Assembly: GCA_964632795.1 (NCBI GenBank)
Contig: CAZWEZ010000001.1
Coordinates: forward strand, 45,922-109,921
DNA length: 64,000 bases
Direction: 5' to 3'
DNA from: an uncultured Thalassospiraceae bacterium
Lineage (GTDB): Bacteria; Pseudomonadota; Alphaproteobacteria; Rhodospirillales; 2-02-FULL-58-16
Position numbers and translations under genes: made by a program. Below the pieces are notes generated by a model. The model saw only the letters and a program-made list of their open reading frames with translations, searched no databases and was not told where the DNA came from. Below, piece after piece: positions 45,730 to 56,432 of the stretch (positions within the stretch are counted from its first letter, which is position 1; the number at the start of each line of letters is the position of its first letter).

Positions 45730-46692
45730 TTACCAGCGGACCATGCAGGCGCCCCAGGTCAGTCCGCCGCCCATCGCCTCCATCAGGATCAGATGGCCGG
45801 GCTGGATACGCCGGTCGCGAACCGCCTCATCGAGGGCAAGCGGTATCGAGGCGGCCGAGGTGTTGGCATGCCTGTCCACCGTGACGACCATGCGTTCCTC
45901 GGGCAGACCGAGCTTGCGAAGCGTACTGTCAAGAATGCGTTTGTTCGCCTGGTGGGGCACCATCCAGTCGATATCGTCCCGGGTCAGTCCATTGGCCTCC
46001 AGCGCCTCGTCGGCCACCGCGGCCAAATTGACGACGGCATGGCGGAAGATCTCCCGCCCCACCATTTGAACGTGACCGACGGTCTGGGTCGACGAGGGGC
46101 CGCCATCCACGTAGAGCAGATCGCCGAGGTCTCCGTCGGAGTGCAAATGGGTCGACAGGATTCCCCGGGCCGTGGATTCCGTGGCGCGGAGGACCACGGC
46201 TCCGGCCCCGTCCCCGAACAGCACGCAGGTGGCCCGGTCACGCCAATCGAGGATACGGGAAAACGTCTCGGCGCCGATCACCAGGACCGTACGCGCCTGA
46301 CCGGCCTTGATGAAATTGTCGGCGACCGACAGTCCAAAGATAAACCCCGAACAGACGGCCTGGACGTCGAAGGCGGCGCCTCCCTTTTGGCCCAACATGG
46401 CTTGAACCTTGGTCGCCGTGGAGGGGAAGGTATTGTCCGGCGTGGTCGTTGCGACGATGATCAGATCAAGGTCTTGGACGGAGACTCCGGATTGTTCCAG
46501 GGCCTTGGTCGCCGCCCTGAAGGCGAGATCCGAAGTCAATTCCCCTTCGGCGGCGATATGGCGCTGGTGGATTCCCGTTCGCGCGACGATCCATTCGTGC
46601 GACGTATCAAGCGTGGCAGAGAGTTCATGGTTGGTAAGGATTCGCTTCGGCAGATAGGAGCCGCATCCGATGATGAGGGATCGTGATGTCAT
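45730..46692 (-). CDS. fabH: 3-oxoacyl-ACP synthase III
   Basis: Internal ATG 46692 (ATGA overlap with the plsX stop). '[18 protein letters not shown]...[13 protein letters not shown]', active-site 'AVCSGF', C-terminal 'GGGLTWGA'. Confidence 0.92.
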   Translation of the reverse strand: MTSRSLIIGCGSYLPKRILTNHELSATLDTSHEWIVARTGIHQRHIAAEGELTSDLAFRAATKALEQSGVSVQDLDLIIVATTTPDNTFPSTATKVQAMLGQKGGAAFDVQAVCSGFIFGLSVADNFIKAGQARTVLVIGAETFSRILDWRDRATCVLFGDGAGAVVLRATESTARGILSTHLHSDGDLGDLLYVDGGPSSTQTVGHVQMVGREIFRHAVVNLAAVADEALEANGLTRDDIDWMVPHQANKRILDSTLRKLGLPEERMVVTVDRHANTSAASIPLALDEAVRDRRIQPGHLILMEAMGGGLTWGACMVRW

Positions 46693-47732
46693 CGTCCGGC
46701 GGTAGCATGCCGATCGTTGGTGTGGATGTGCGTGAAGTCCTTCTCGATTCCCTCGTTGAAACCGCGTTTGATCAGGTCCGCGGCGACGACGATGGCGTTG
46801 GAGAAACCAAAGGCATCGGTTCCGCCGTGGCTTTTCACGCAAATACCATTGAGGCCGACCAGCATGGCCCCGTTATAACGCCGGGGGTCGACGTACGTCC
46901 GGAAGGTGTTGAGCGCTGGCTTGGCCAGGAATGCCCCGATCCGGGCCCATGGAGAACTGGACAGGGCCCGCTTCAAAAAGTAGCCGTAGAGCTGGGCCGT
47001 GCCTTCGGCGGTCTTGAGTGCGATGTTCCCCGTGAAGCCGTCGGTGACGATCACATCGACGGTGCCGGCGCCGATGTCGTCGCCTTCCACGAAGCCGTAG
47101 AATTTAATCGGCAGGTTGGTCTCCTGGAGGATGGTGGCGGCCGTCTTGACGGCCTCGTTGCCCTTCAGGCCTTCGGCCCCCACGTTCAGGATGCCGATGG
47201 AAGGCTGTTCGAGCCCCAGGACACGCCGGGCGTAGACCTCTCCCATGACCGCGAACTGGACCAGGTTGTCGGCATCGCACTCGACGTTGGCGCCGAGATC
47301 CAGCATCACGCTTTCGCCACGCATGGTGGGGAAACAGGTAGCGATGGCCGGCCGGTCGATGCCGGGCAAGGTCTTGAGCACGAACTTGGCCATCGCCATC
47401 AGGGCTCCGGTGTTGCCCGAAGAGATCACCCCACCGGCGTCGCCCGCGCCGACGGCATTTATGGCCAGGCGCATGCTCGAATTGCGCCCGCTGCGTAACG
47501 CCGTTCCCGGTTTTTCCTCGTTGGTGACCACGTCCTCGGTGTGGAAGACCCGAGAGACGTTCTTGACCCGTGGGAAACGGTCCAGGAGCGGGGTCAGCTG
47601 ACCTTCGTCGCCGAACAACAGGAAGTTGGCCTCGGGGAGTCGCTCGAGTGCAATCCCGATCCCTTCCACGACGACTCGCGGGGCGCTGTCCCCGCCCATG
47701 GCGTCCAGCGAAAGCGTCAAACGCGTAGACAA
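46689..47732 (-). CDS. plsX: Phosphate acyltransferase PlsX
   Basis: Track ORF 46689..47822 overlaps rpmF. A likely TTG start at 47732 gives (M)[17 protein letters not shown], the canonical PlsX N-terminus. Confidence 0.88.
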   Translation of the reverse strand: MSTRLTLSLDAMGGDSAPRVVVEGIGIALERLPEANFLLFGDEGQLTPLLDRFPRVKNVSRVFHTEDVVTNEEKPGTALRSGRNSSMRLAINAVGAGDAGGVISSGNTGALMAMAKFVLKTLPGIDRPAIATCFPTMRGESVMLDLGANVECDADNLVQFAVMGEVYARRVLGLEQPSIGILNVGAEGLKGNEAVKTAATILQETNLPIKFYGFVEGDDIGAGTVDVIVTDGFTGNIALKTAEGTAQLYGYFLKRALSSSPWARIGAFLAKPALNTFRTYVDPRRYNGAMLVGLNGICVKSHGGTDAFGFSNAIVVAADLIKRGFNEGIEKDFTHIHTNDRHATAGR

Positions 47733-47757
47733 ATGGTTCGCGTCCTCGTTGCCGGCG

Positions 47758-47943
47758 TCAGGCGGCCTCGCCCGTTTCCTTGACTTGGCGGCCTTTGTAA
47801 TGGCCGCAGGAAAGGCAAACATGGTGCGGCCGCTTCAGTTCGCCGCAGTTGGGGCATTCTTCATAAACCGACGGCGGAAGCGAATCATGTCCACGCCGCA
47901 TGCCTCGTCGAGACGTGGATATTTTTTTCTTCGGAACGGCCAT
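47758..47943 (-). CDS. rpmF: 50S ribosomal protein L32
   Basis: [20 protein letters not shown]...[16 protein letters not shown]. Confidence 0.95.
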   Translation of the reverse strand: MAVPKKKISTSRRGMRRGHDSLPPSVYEECPNCGELKRPHHVCLSCGHYKGRQVKETGEAA

Positions 47944-48028
47944 GTTGCGATACCTTCGGTTCGAGCCCCTTCAGAGAGCGGGAGACTACTTAAACAAATA
48001 TAGCTGAAGGGGCAAGTCGCTTACACCC

Positions 48029-48595
48029 CTATTCGGATTTTCCCTTGATCCCGGCCAGCGTGGCGAAGGGGCCGGACTGTGCGGCGGCCTCTTCGGGGTC
48101 CGTCGAACCGACTGTAAACCCTTGGAATGCAGCGCTTTTCTTCCTCGGGAACGGATCGAGTTCCAGGGCATACTGCTCGGCCACGGCTTCGCCCAAGTCG
48201 ACGACACCCCCGGTGGCGGGTTCGGGAGGATCCTCGCTATCCAGGGTCAGGGCGAGTTCCCCGTCGGTGACGTTCAAGGTGGCGCCGTCATCCTCGGTTC
48301 CGACATGATACAACCGCTCGAAAGAAGCCTCGACCTGGGATTCGACGGGTTCGAGGGTAACCACGCACGATTGGGTGGCATGCCCCAGCAGATCGCCCCG
48401 CAACCGGATCACCGCCCCACCATCCTCGGCAACCAGACGAACCTTAGCCTGCAGGCTGTCCAGGGTCACCAGCTCGAACCGCTTGGCCAGGGCTTGGCGT
48501 TCCTTGGCGTTGGCCTCGATCTCGTAACATGCCTCGTCCTTGCCCAGGCTTGTCAGATCGACGGGGCGGGAAAATTCGGGTGGGGGCCGATTCAT
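48029..48595 (-). CDS. yceD: DUF177 / YceD-family protein
   Basis: 188 aa acidic protein immediately upstream of rpmF, the conserved position for this family. Confidence 0.75.
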   Translation of the reverse strand: MNRPPPEFSRPVDLTSLGKDEACYEIEANAKERQALAKRFELVTLDSLQAKVRLVAEDGGAVIRLRGDLLGHATQSCVVTLEPVESQVEASFERLYHVGTEDDGATLNVTDGELALTLDSEDPPEPATGGVVDLGEAVAEQYALELDPFPRKKSAAFQGFTVGSTDPEEAAAQSGPFATLAGIKGKSE

Positions 48596-49185
48596 CAGGA
48601 CACCTCCTCCCCCTTTTCCTTTCCCGTGTCGGGGGGAATGTATTGGCCGGGGCCGGGAGGCGACCCGAACCCCACTTCGCCCGCCAGCAGCCGTTCGAAC
48701 GCCATGGCGTCGAGACCGGCGGTTTCACGCCGCATGTATCGGACCAGGCTGGCCACGTTTTCCGGGGCCGGCGTCGTCTTGCGGAACAGGTTGCGCCCCA
48801 AGGCGTCGGCCAGGACTCCGTCATCGCCGTCCAGGCCGGCCTCGTAAGCCGCCACACGGCCGTAAAAGGCATCGGCCATGGTCTTGATCCGCTTGCCCAC
48901 GCCCAGATCGCCGACCCCCATCTCACGCAGGTTTTGATCCATGTCCGCGAACATAATATCGAACAGGGCCTGAGCCAAATCCGTCGAATCCTCCTGGCCG
49001 CGTTTGAGCCTGCGTAAGACAAGGAACACATGCAGAACGACCATGTCGAAACGCCCATCCACGGTGTCGGGCACGCCGCACTCGAGGTAGAATCCAGGCA
49101 TCCGCGCCTGCTCCACCAGAGTGACGTAAAGCTTGGCGGCGGGTTCTTTCATCGAAGACCCGCCGAAAAGTGAGAACAACCTCAT
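48595..49185 (-). CDS. Ubiquinol-cytochrome c chaperone (Cbp3-like) family protein
   Basis: 196 aa. 'LYVTLVEQARMPGFY...VPDTVDGRFDMVVLHVFLVLRRL...LFDIMFADMDQNLREMGVGDLGVGKRIK'. Confidence 0.7.
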   Translation of the reverse strand: MRLFSLFGGSSMKEPAAKLYVTLVEQARMPGFYLECGVPDTVDGRFDMVVLHVFLVLRRLKRGQEDSTDLAQALFDIMFADMDQNLREMGVGDLGVGKRIKTMADAFYGRVAAYEAGLDGDDGVLADALGRNLFRKTTPAPENVASLVRYMRRETAGLDAMAFERLLAGEVGFGSPPGPGQYIPPDTGKEKGEEVS

Positions 49186-49288
49186 GGGCCATCTCCAAAG
49201 ATTGACAACGAACCTCGACTGGTGCGATTCTTCAGGCCATCCATTTTTCGCTCTCTCGGTTCACGAGCGTGTTCAGTCATTTCCCGAC

Positions 49289-49753
49289 ATGAAGCTTGGA
49301 ATCATGCCCAGGATCGATCGCTCAAGCCAACTGTTTCGCTATCTCGTTGCCTTCGTTGTGGTTCTCGTCGGCGCGGCCTGTGAAAGCCGTCTGGATACCC
49401 GGGGGAATCTTCCCGATCCGGAACGGCTGGCCGAGATCCGGGCCGGGCAACATACCCGCGAGGAGGTCTCCGAAATCCTGGGCTCACCGTCCAGCGTCGC
49501 CGTCTTCGACCAGGAAACCTGGTATTACATCAGCAAACGTACTGAAACCGTTGCCTTTTTCGAACCCGAAGTGAACCAACGTCAGGTCATCATCCTAAGA
49601 TTCGACGACCAGGGCGTGGTAACGGAGGTCACGTCCCTGGGGTTGGAGGATGGGCACGTCATCGAACCGGTCGACCGGGTGACCCCCACCGCGGGCAACG
49701 AGTTGACCTTGATCGAACAGCTGGTCGGCAACCTCGGGCGCTTCAACAAATAG
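49289..49753 (+). CDS. bamE: Outer-membrane assembly lipoprotein BamE (SmpA/OmlA)
   Basis: Internal ATG 49289. Lipobox LVGAAC. 'GQHTREEVSEILGSPSSVAVFDQETWYYISK'. Confidence 0.8.
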   Translation: MKLGIMPRIDRSSQLFRYLVAFVVVLVGAACESRLDTRGNLPDPERLAEIRAGQHTREEVSEILGSPSSVAVFDQETWYYISKRTETVAFFEPEVNQRQVIILRFDDQGVVTEVTSLGLEDGHVIEPVDRVTPTAGNELTLIEQLVGNLGRFNK

Positions 49754-49788
49754 CCCTTCCCTCGTTGATGTGCGCCGCTTTCGGGTGG

Positions 49789-51885
49789 TCAGGCCAGGAT
49801 GGCCAGCATCAACAGGGCGACGACGTTGATGATCTTGATCATCGGGTTGATGGCGGGTCCGGCGGTGTCCTTGTAGGGGTCGCCCACGGTATCGCCGGTA
49901 ATCGCGGCCTTGTGGGCCTCGGACCCCTTGCCGCCGTGGTTGCCGTCCTCGATGAACTTCTTGGCGTTGTCCCAGGCGCCGCCGCCCGAGGTCATGGAGA
50001 TGGCGACGAACAGGCCGGTGACGATGGTCCCGAGTAGCGTCGCGCCGACGGTGACGAAGGCCGCCGCCTGGCCGGCGATCGGATAGATGGCCGCGTAGAT
50101 CGCCCACGGCGCCAGCACCGGCAGCAGGGCCGGTACGATCATTTCCTTGATCGCCGTCTTGGTCAGCATGTCGACGCAGGTCCCGTACTCGGGCTTGCCG
50201 GTGCCTTCCATGATGCCTGGGATCTCCTTGAACTGGCGGCGCACCTCGATGACCACCTTGCCCCCGGCCCGGCCCACCGCCTGCATGCCCAGGGCGCCGA
50301 ACAGGAACGGCAGCAGACCGCCGATGAACAGGCCGACGACCACGAAGGGGTCCTGAAGGTCGAAGGTGATGCCCTTGAGGTCCGGGAAGTAATGCCCCAG
50401 GTCCTCGGTGTAGGCGGCGAACAGGACCAACGCGGCGAGACCCGCCGAACCGATGGCATAGCCCTTGGTGACCGCCTTGGTGGTGTTGCCCACGGCGTCG
50501 AGGGCGTCGGTGATCTTGCGGACGTCCTCGGGCAGGTTGGCCATTTCGGCGATGCCGCCCGCGTTGTCGGTCACCGGACCGTAGGCGTCGAGCGCGATGA
50601 CGATGCCGGCCAGGGCCAGCATGGTGGTGGCGGCGACGGCGATGCCGAACAGGCCGGCGTTCAGGAAGGCAACCAGGATACCGCCGCAGATCACCAGCAC
50701 CGGCAACGCGGTCGCTTCCATGGACACCGCCAGCCCCTGGATGACGTTGGTTCCATGGCCGGTGGTCGAGGCCTCGGCGATGGTCCTCACCGGGCGGTGG
50801 TCGGTTCCGGTGTAGTACTCGGTGATCCACACGATGAGGCCGGTCACCGCCAGACCGGCGAGGGCGCAGACATACAACTGGCTGCCGCTGACGGTCCGCG
50901 ATCTCATTTCGAAGGAGCCGTCGAAACCCAACAACCAGGCGATGACGAGCGCGATCAGCATGGCGGCGATCACCGCGCTGGCGATGAAGCCCTTGTAGAG
51001 CGCCCCCATGATGTTCTTGCTGGCGCCGAGTTTGACGAAGAAGGTGGCGGCCACCGAGGCGATGATGCACACCGCGCCGATCACCAGCGGCAACATCATC
51101 ATGGTCTCCCGGGCCTCGCCGGTGAAGAAGATGGCCGCCAGCAGCATGGTGGCGACCAGGGTGACGGCGTAGGTCTCGAACAGGTCGGCGGCCATTCCGG
51201 CGCAGTCGCCCACGTTGTCGCCCACGTTGTCGGCGATCACCGCCGGGTTGCGGGGGTCGTCCTCGGGGATGCCTGCCTCGATCTTGCCCACCAGATCGGC
51301 GCCGACGTCGGCGCCCTTGGTGAAGATACCGCCGCCGAGACGGGCGAAGATGGAGATCAGCGAGGCGCCGAAGCCAAGGGCGATCAGGGCCTCGAGGACA
51401 TGGCGCAGGCCTTCGGCGGTGCTGGTATCGGTGGTCGCGTTGAGGAACATGTAGTAGCCGGCGAGTCCCAACAGGGCCAGACCGACGACCAGCATGCCGG
51501 TGATCGCGCCGGACTTGAAGGCGATGCCCAAGGCCGACTCGAGGCCGCTTGAGCGGGCGGCTTCGGCGGTACGGACGTTGGCGCGAACCGAAACGTTCAT
51601 GCCGATGTAGCCGGTGGCCGCCGACAGGATGGCGCCGATGAAATATCCGATGGCCACCTTGATGCCGAGGGTAATCCCCAGCAACACGCCGATGACCACG
51701 CCGACCATGGCGACGGTCGCATACTGACGGTTCAGGTAGGCGCGTGCCCCTTCCTGAATGGCTCTTGCGATCTCCTGCATGCGTTCGGTCCCCGCCGGAG
51801 CCGACAGGACCGAGCGGCTTGCATATCCACCGTAAACCAGCGCCAGGACGCCACAGGCGAGAATCAACAGGAATTCATTCGACAT
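49789..51885 (-). CDS. hppA: Membrane-bound H+-translocating pyrophosphatase
   Basis: 698 aa polytopic protein. '[21 protein letters not shown]', 'GGAWDNAKK', '[15 protein letters not shown]'. Confidence 0.95.
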   Translation of the reverse strand: MSNEFLLILACGVLALVYGGYASRSVLSAPAGTERMQEIARAIQEGARAYLNRQYATVAMVGVVIGVLLGITLGIKVAIGYFIGAILSAATGYIGMNVSVRANVRTAEAARSSGLESALGIAFKSGAITGMLVVGLALLGLAGYYMFLNATTDTSTAEGLRHVLEALIALGFGASLISIFARLGGGIFTKGADVGADLVGKIEAGIPEDDPRNPAVIADNVGDNVGDCAGMAADLFETYAVTLVATMLLAAIFFTGEARETMMMLPLVIGAVCIIASVAATFFVKLGASKNIMGALYKGFIASAVIAAMLIALVIAWLLGFDGSFEMRSRTVSGSQLYVCALAGLAVTGLIVWITEYYTGTDHRPVRTIAEASTTGHGTNVIQGLAVSMEATALPVLVICGGILVAFLNAGLFGIAVAATTMLALAGIVIALDAYGPVTDNAGGIAEMANLPEDVRKITDALDAVGNTTKAVTKGYAIGSAGLAALVLFAAYTEDLGHYFPDLKGITFDLQDPFVVVGLFIGGLLPFLFGALGMQAVGRAGGKVVIEVRRQFKEIPGIMEGTGKPEYGTCVDMLTKTAIKEMIVPALLPVLAPWAIYAAIYPIAGQAAAFVTVGATLLGTIVTGLFVAISMTSGGGAWDNAKKFIEDGNHGGKGSEAHKAAITGDTVGDPYKDTAGPAINPMIKIINVVALLMLAILA

Positions 51886-52032
51886 GATGAAAGCTCTCTT
51901 ATGCTGTTGGAACGGTCCACGGATGACTGGAGACCACCGGGAATCGAGGTCAGGAATTTGGCCGAACCGCTACACGGCTGGAAAACCGGGGGGAAAATGC
52001 CAGAACCGCCCGGATAAAGCAACAGGCGTCTA

Positions 52033-52193
52033 ATACCAAGGGGCACTGATAATGACCCATAGAGACGGCTTTCCAAGGCTTTCGCCCTTGAGCGTGGTCC
52101 GCCGTGATGGCGGACCATCACAAGGGCCGCGCGACGCTGTCCGAAAGCCTTGGAAAGCCGTCTCTATGGGTCATTATCAGTGCCCCTTGGTAT
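52033..52193. repeat. MITE-like palindromic element, copy 1 (161 bp)
   Basis: Perfect 52-nt terminal inverted arms (52033..52084 and 52142..52193) flank a 57-nt core that carries a GGTCCGCC/GGCGGACC hairpin. Confidence 0.9.
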
Positions 52194-52212
52194 AATGCAG
52201 TGCAACACCCTG

Positions 52213-53382
52213 TCAGCGGGCGCCGTCCGGTCCCTCGAGTTGGGCCAGGCGTTCCTTCATGATCTGGGTCAAGGGTTCGCGAAGTTCGGGGGTGGAGTCG
52301 AGCAGGCGGTGGAAATCGCCGACTTCCAGGGTCAGAAGTTGGCATTCGGTGACGGCGATGACGGTCGCGGTGCGCTCGGAAACCGTGAGCAGGGCGATCT
52401 CGCCGAAGAAATCTCCGGTCGTCAGCCGCTGGGGGATCGGTGGCACCTTCACCTCGACCTCGCCGGAGACGATGAAATACAAGGATCTGGCGGGTTCGCC
52501 CCGCTTGACGATGATGTATCCCGGGGGCACCATCTTGGGTTGCAGAAGACCGGCGATCTCGGAGATGCGCAGGGCGTCGAGGTTGGCGAACAAGGGGGTC
52601 CCGGCGACCAGCCGCCAGGTGACCACGAACTCCCGCTTGCGAATCTCGCGGGCGAACCCGGTGGCCAGGATGCCGGTGGGCAACGCGAACATGCCGATGC
52701 CGAGGATCATGACCAGGGCGCCGAACAGCTTACCCATGGCGGTCACGGGCGTTACGTCGCCGTAGCCGACCGTGGTCAGGGTCGCCAGGGCCCACCACAT
52801 GGAGTGCGGGATGCTGGCGAAGACTTCGGGTTGGGTCTCCTTCTCCAGGAAGAACACCACGCTGGAGGCGAACACCAGCAGGATCAGGATGATCATCAAG
52901 GCCGCCCCCAGGGTCCGGCGTTCGCTCTTGATGACGGCGCCGAAGGTTTCCAGGGCCGGCGAATAACGGGTCAGCTTGAGCAGCCTGAGCAGCCGGAAGA
53001 TCCGCATGAACCGCAGGTCGATGGTCAGGAACATGCCCAGGTAGAACGGCAGGAAGGCGATCAGGTCGATCACCGCCAGGGGCGACATCGCGTATTTGAG
53101 CCGGGTCTTGACGGGATGGCGGTCGACTTCCGGCAGGCTTTCGGTGCACACCCATAGGCGCATGGCGTATTCCACCGTGAACACGATCACCGAAAAAACC
53201 TCGAAGCCGTAGAAAAAAGCGCCGTGCGCCGCCGCCAGTTCCTCCACCGTCTCCAGGGTCACCGCCCCGACGTTGGCCAGGATCAGGATCATGATGAAAC
53301 GGTCGAACCAGCGGCCCCGCCAGTCCCCGGGAGCCGAGGAATCGATGATCTCGAAAACCCGTGTTCTCAGCGGCCTCGTCAT
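52213..53382 (-). CDS. Cyclic-nucleotide-gated potassium channel
   Basis: 389 aa. Voltage-sensor-like helices with RFMRIFRLLRLLKLTR. Selectivity filter TTVGYGD. C-terminal cNMP-binding domain (FFGEIALL...RTATV). Confidence 0.88.
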   Translation of the reverse strand: MTRPLRTRVFEIIDSSAPGDWRGRWFDRFIMILILANVGAVTLETVEELAAAHGAFFYGFEVFSVIVFTVEYAMRLWVCTESLPEVDRHPVKTRLKYAMSPLAVIDLIAFLPFYLGMFLTIDLRFMRIFRLLRLLKLTRYSPALETFGAVIKSERRTLGAALMIILILLVFASSVVFFLEKETQPEVFASIPHSMWWALATLTTVGYGDVTPVTAMGKLFGALVMILGIGMFALPTGILATGFAREIRKREFVVTWRLVAGTPLFANLDALRISEIAGLLQPKMVPPGYIIVKRGEPARSLYFIVSGEVEVKVPPIPQRLTTGDFFGEIALLTVSERTATVIAVTECQLLTLEVGDFHRLLDSTPELREPLTQIMKERLAQLEGPDGAR

Positions 53383-53398
53383 CGGCGACGTTCCCCCG

Positions 53399-53503
53399 TC
53401 AATACCCCTTGGCGCGATGGATGTGCAGCAGCATGCCGTTGTCGCGGCACCAGTTGGCCAGCGAGGTGTTGGCGGTGAAGCCGGCGCTGTAGGTTTTGTC
53501 CAT
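53399..53503 (-). pseudogene. Relic of a form-I RuBisCO large-subunit gene (34 codons)
   Basis: [34 protein letters not shown]. The core matches the highly conserved RbcL/CbbL segment ..GFTANT(T/S)L..(W/Y)CRDNG(M/L)LLHIHRAMHAV.. Confidence 0.7.
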
Positions 53504-53517
53504 GCTCGTTCGCCTCC

Positions 53518-55623
53518 TTAAATGGCGTGCTGGCCGAGGGCCTCCAATAGCGGCCCCAAATGCCGTTCGAAACGCTTCCAACGCCCCATCGCGTCCTTGT
53601 AGAGCGGCTGGCGGACCTGGACGTTGCTGGCCGTCAACACCGGGCGCGCGGACCTGTGGAAGCGCAGGCAGTTGTCCTCCCACGCGAGGCCACAGTCGTC
53701 GAGAAGCCGCCGGGTCTCCCCCTCCTGGTCGGTTACCACGTCCTCGTAGCGGATATCGAGGACGCGTCCCGGCAGAACGGTATGCCAGTGGTTCATCAGC
53801 CGCTCGTAGAGCCGATAATAACGTCCCAGTTCCCCTTGGTCGTAGGCAAATTTTTGCTGTCCGGTGAAGAGGATCCGGTAGCAGGAGAAACAGGTGTCCG
53901 CGGCATCCCGGATGCAGTGGACGATGCGGGCCTTGGGCAGGATCAGATGGATGAGGCCGATATAGAGGAAATTCGCCGGCATCTTGTCGGTGAACCGCCG
54001 TCCTTCGGATGCTCGCCCGCGCGCCGATTCGAGATAGGACCGTCCCAGTCCCTCCAGCGCTTCCGGGCCGAGGTCGGCCGCCGCCTCCGGGAACTCCCGG
54101 CCGCCGTCGGTTTGCCGCTTCAGGGCGCCCGCCAAACGTCCTAGGTCATCGAGCTCTCCGGCGCCGTGGACATCGGAGTGGCTGGCCAGGATCTGTTCGA
54201 CCAGGGTGGTCCCGGAGCGCGGCATGCCGAGGACGAAGATCGGTTCATCGGACTGGCACCCGTGCCCGGAGCGCCCGGCCAACAGGTCCGCATCGAAGGT
54301 GGCGATGATGCGTTCGATCCTGTCCTCGTCCTCATCGATGGTGTAGCGGATGGCCGCTCGTTTGAGCCGGTTGGCTTTTTCCAGGAACTCGAACGCTGTG
54401 TCGTTATTGCCCAGGTCCTCGTGGGCCTTGGCCATGGCAAAGTTCAAATATATCGCCTGATCGTCGGGCAAAGATGAATCGGACAGCAGGTTTTCGATGG
54501 CCGAAAGGTCATCGTCTCTTGTCGAATAGGTCTTGAGGTCGGTCAGGTTCTTGTAGGCTTCCGGGTAGCCGGGCTTGGCCTCGATGGCTTGTCGGTAGGC
54601 GGCCTCGGCCTCGTCGAAGCGGCCAAGTTCCGTATACACGACGCCGAGGTTGTTGTTGGCTATCGCGTAGCCGGGCCTGACCTCGAGGGCGCGGCGATAG
54701 GCGGCCACGGAGTCATCATAGCGGCCATGCGCTTTGAGAGCCTTGCCCAGGTTGTAGTGCCCTTCGGCGAAATCGGGGGCGATCGTCAGGACCCGCCGGT
54801 GGTATTCGATGGCCTCGTCCACCGCCCCTTGTTCGACCAGGGCCGTTCCGAGGTTGTTGAGGACCACGGTGTCATCGGGTTGCAGGGAATGGGCCATGCG
54901 GTAGCAATCGACGGCCTCGTGCAGCCTTCCCATCTTCCTGAGGGTGTTGCCCATGTTGTAGTGGGCGGCGGCGTGGGAGGCGTCCAAGGCCAGGGCCTCG
55001 CGGTAGCAGGACAGGGCCTCTTCGAGATCGCCGCTTTCCTTGAGGGCATTGCCCAGGTTGGTTCGGGCCACCGGGTTCGACGGCGCCAGGGCCGCCGCCT
55101 TGCGAAGGTTGGTCACGGCTTCCCTGTTCTCGCCGAGTCCCAGCAATGCCAGACCCAGGTTCATCAGGGTATCGGGGTGGTTCGGCTGGCGGCGCTTGGC
55201 CTTTTTCAGACTCGCCGCTGCGCCATCGGCGTCGCCTTCCCCGAGAAGGGACAGGCCGATATTGTAGTGGGCCATGGCGTGACGGGGGTTCAGGGCAACG
55301 GTCCGGCGGAAACTGGAAAGCCCCTCCTCCTTGCGGCCCATGAGCATCAGGGCCACGCCAAGGTTGGAATGATACTCGGCATTGCCGCCGTCCAACGAGA
55401 TGGCTTGGCCGATGAGCTCGACGGCGGGGGCCGGGTGGCCCATCTGCAGGGCGACGACGCCGAGCGCGTGCAAGGCCTCGGAGTTGGCCGGATCGAGGTC
55501 GAGGGTTTGCCGCAAGACGGCCTCGGCCTGCCCCAGGCGGCCGGCCTGCAGATGTTGGACGGCCGTGGCGAGGTCGGTGCCCGGCGGCCTTTTCCACATC
55601 CGAGGATCCCCCTTGCGGCCCAT
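53518..55623 (-). CDS. TPR-repeat protein with C-terminal sulfotransferase domain
   Basis: Start moved to ATG 55623 (alternative 55599). About 11 TPR units (AHYNLG.., AYKNL..). '[21 protein letters not shown]' is a PAPS-binding P-loop. Confidence 0.85.
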   Translation of the reverse strand: MGRKGDPRMWKRPPGTDLATAVQHLQAGRLGQAEAVLRQTLDLDPANSEALHALGVVALQMGHPAPAVELIGQAISLDGGNAEYHSNLGVALMLMGRKEEGLSSFRRTVALNPRHAMAHYNIGLSLLGEGDADGAAASLKKAKRRQPNHPDTLMNLGLALLGLGENREAVTNLRKAAALAPSNPVARTNLGNALKESGDLEEALSCYREALALDASHAAAHYNMGNTLRKMGRLHEAVDCYRMAHSLQPDDTVVLNNLGTALVEQGAVDEAIEYHRRVLTIAPDFAEGHYNLGKALKAHGRYDDSVAAYRRALEVRPGYAIANNNLGVVYTELGRFDEAEAAYRQAIEAKPGYPEAYKNLTDLKTYSTRDDDLSAIENLLSDSSLPDDQAIYLNFAMAKAHEDLGNNDTAFEFLEKANRLKRAAIRYTIDEDEDRIERIIATFDADLLAGRSGHGCQSDEPIFVLGMPRSGTTLVEQILASHSDVHGAGELDDLGRLAGALKRQTDGGREFPEAAADLGPEALEGLGRSYLESARGRASEGRRFTDKMPANFLYIGLIHLILPKARIVHCIRDAADTCFSCYRILFTGQQKFAYDQGELGRYYRLYERLMNHWHTVLPGRVLDIRYEDVVTDQEGETRRLLDDCGLAWEDNCLRFHRSARPVLTASNVQVRQPLYKDAMGRWKRFERHLGPLLEALGQHAI

Positions 55624-55658
55624 GCTTCCCCCCGGCTTTCCGGTTCTGATTATTTGGT

Positions 55659-56156
55659 TCAGCGGCGCTTCGACAGGCGCTCGCTGAGGGACCTCAGGTA
55701 CTTGCGGTCCCTTTCTTCGAACTCGCCCTCGGCAATGTCTTCCTTGTAGCCGCGCAATTCCTCGCGCATATCTCCGGAAAGGTCGGATCTGGCGAGCAGC
55801 TTTTCGATCAGCGACAAGGATTCGGCATTCATTTTCTTCCTTTCGGCGTGAGACATGGAGTCTTCGTCCTCCAGATCCCGGTGGTCGTCGCCGTCTTCGT
55901 CCTCCAGATCCCGGTGGTCGTCGCCGTCTTCGTCCTCCAGATCCCGGTGGTCGTCGCCGTCTTCGTCCTCCGGATCCCGGTGGTCGTCGCCGTCTTTGTC
56001 CGCTTGGTCCGGCATCAGCAACTCGTTCCAGGCGACGCCGGCGGCCGTGATCCGTTCGTGGACCTCGCGTGCCGCCTCCAGGGCCTCCTCGTCGCGTTCG
56101 CTTCCCAGCCGTTCCAACAGTCCGATTATTTCTTCCCGCACCAGAGCTTCGGTCAT
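55659..56156 (-). CDS. Acidic repeat protein (165 aa)
   Basis: Helical ends flank four tandem copies of an 11-aa (33-bp) acidic unit, EDEDGDDHRDL (first copy KDGDDHRDPED). Confidence 0.65.
   Translation of the reverse strand: MTEALVREEIIGLLERLGSERDEEALEAAREVHERITAAGVAWNELLMPDQADKDGDDHRDPEDEDGDDHRDLEDEDGDDHRDLEDEDGDDHRDLEDEDSMSHAERKKMNAESLSLIEKLLARSDLSGDMREELRGYKEDIAEGEFEERDRKYLRSLSERLSKRR
55862..55999. repeat. 33-bp tandem repeat, about 4.2 copies, coding
   Basis: The unit CTTCGTCCTCCAGATCCCGGTGGTCGTCGCCGT repeats head to tail. The fourth copy has one substitution. Confidence 0.9.
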
Positions 56157-56432
56157 TATCAGCCTCGTTCAAGGTTGCCTTCGCCGCATACTCGAAGGCG
56201 GCGAAAAAATGGAGAGAGCCTAGGATGGCCGGGGGACCACCCCTTCGTCAATGCGGGCGCGGCCATCGTAGCGAAACCGCTCGGCGACGATGTCGAGCCC
56301 GGGACGGGCTGGAATCACGCCCGATTCGGCATTCATAGCCGCCACCCCGGTCAATTGGAACAGCCGTCATCCCAAACATTGCACCAAGCCGGGACAGGAT
56401 GGGATAGTAGTAGGCAGGTTTCCAGGTTATCG

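Noticed and set aside
49595-51070. 491-aa minus-strand ORF inside hppA.
   Set aside because: Alternate frame of the pyrophosphatase gene, with Arg/Gly/His-rich nonsense composition.
55862-55999. Regularly spaced 33-bp repeats considered as a possible CRISPR array.
   Set aside because: The repeats are contiguous with no spacers, in frame within a coding gene, and no cas genes are present. They are a coding tandem repeat.
53518-56172. 884-aa track ORF with an N-terminal RRRRRPPGSGG repeat region.
   Set aside because: Only the part from ATG 55623 downward is the TPR-sulfotransferase. The upstream 183 codons are an alternate-frame read of the acidic-repeat gene 55659..56156 and the spacer.
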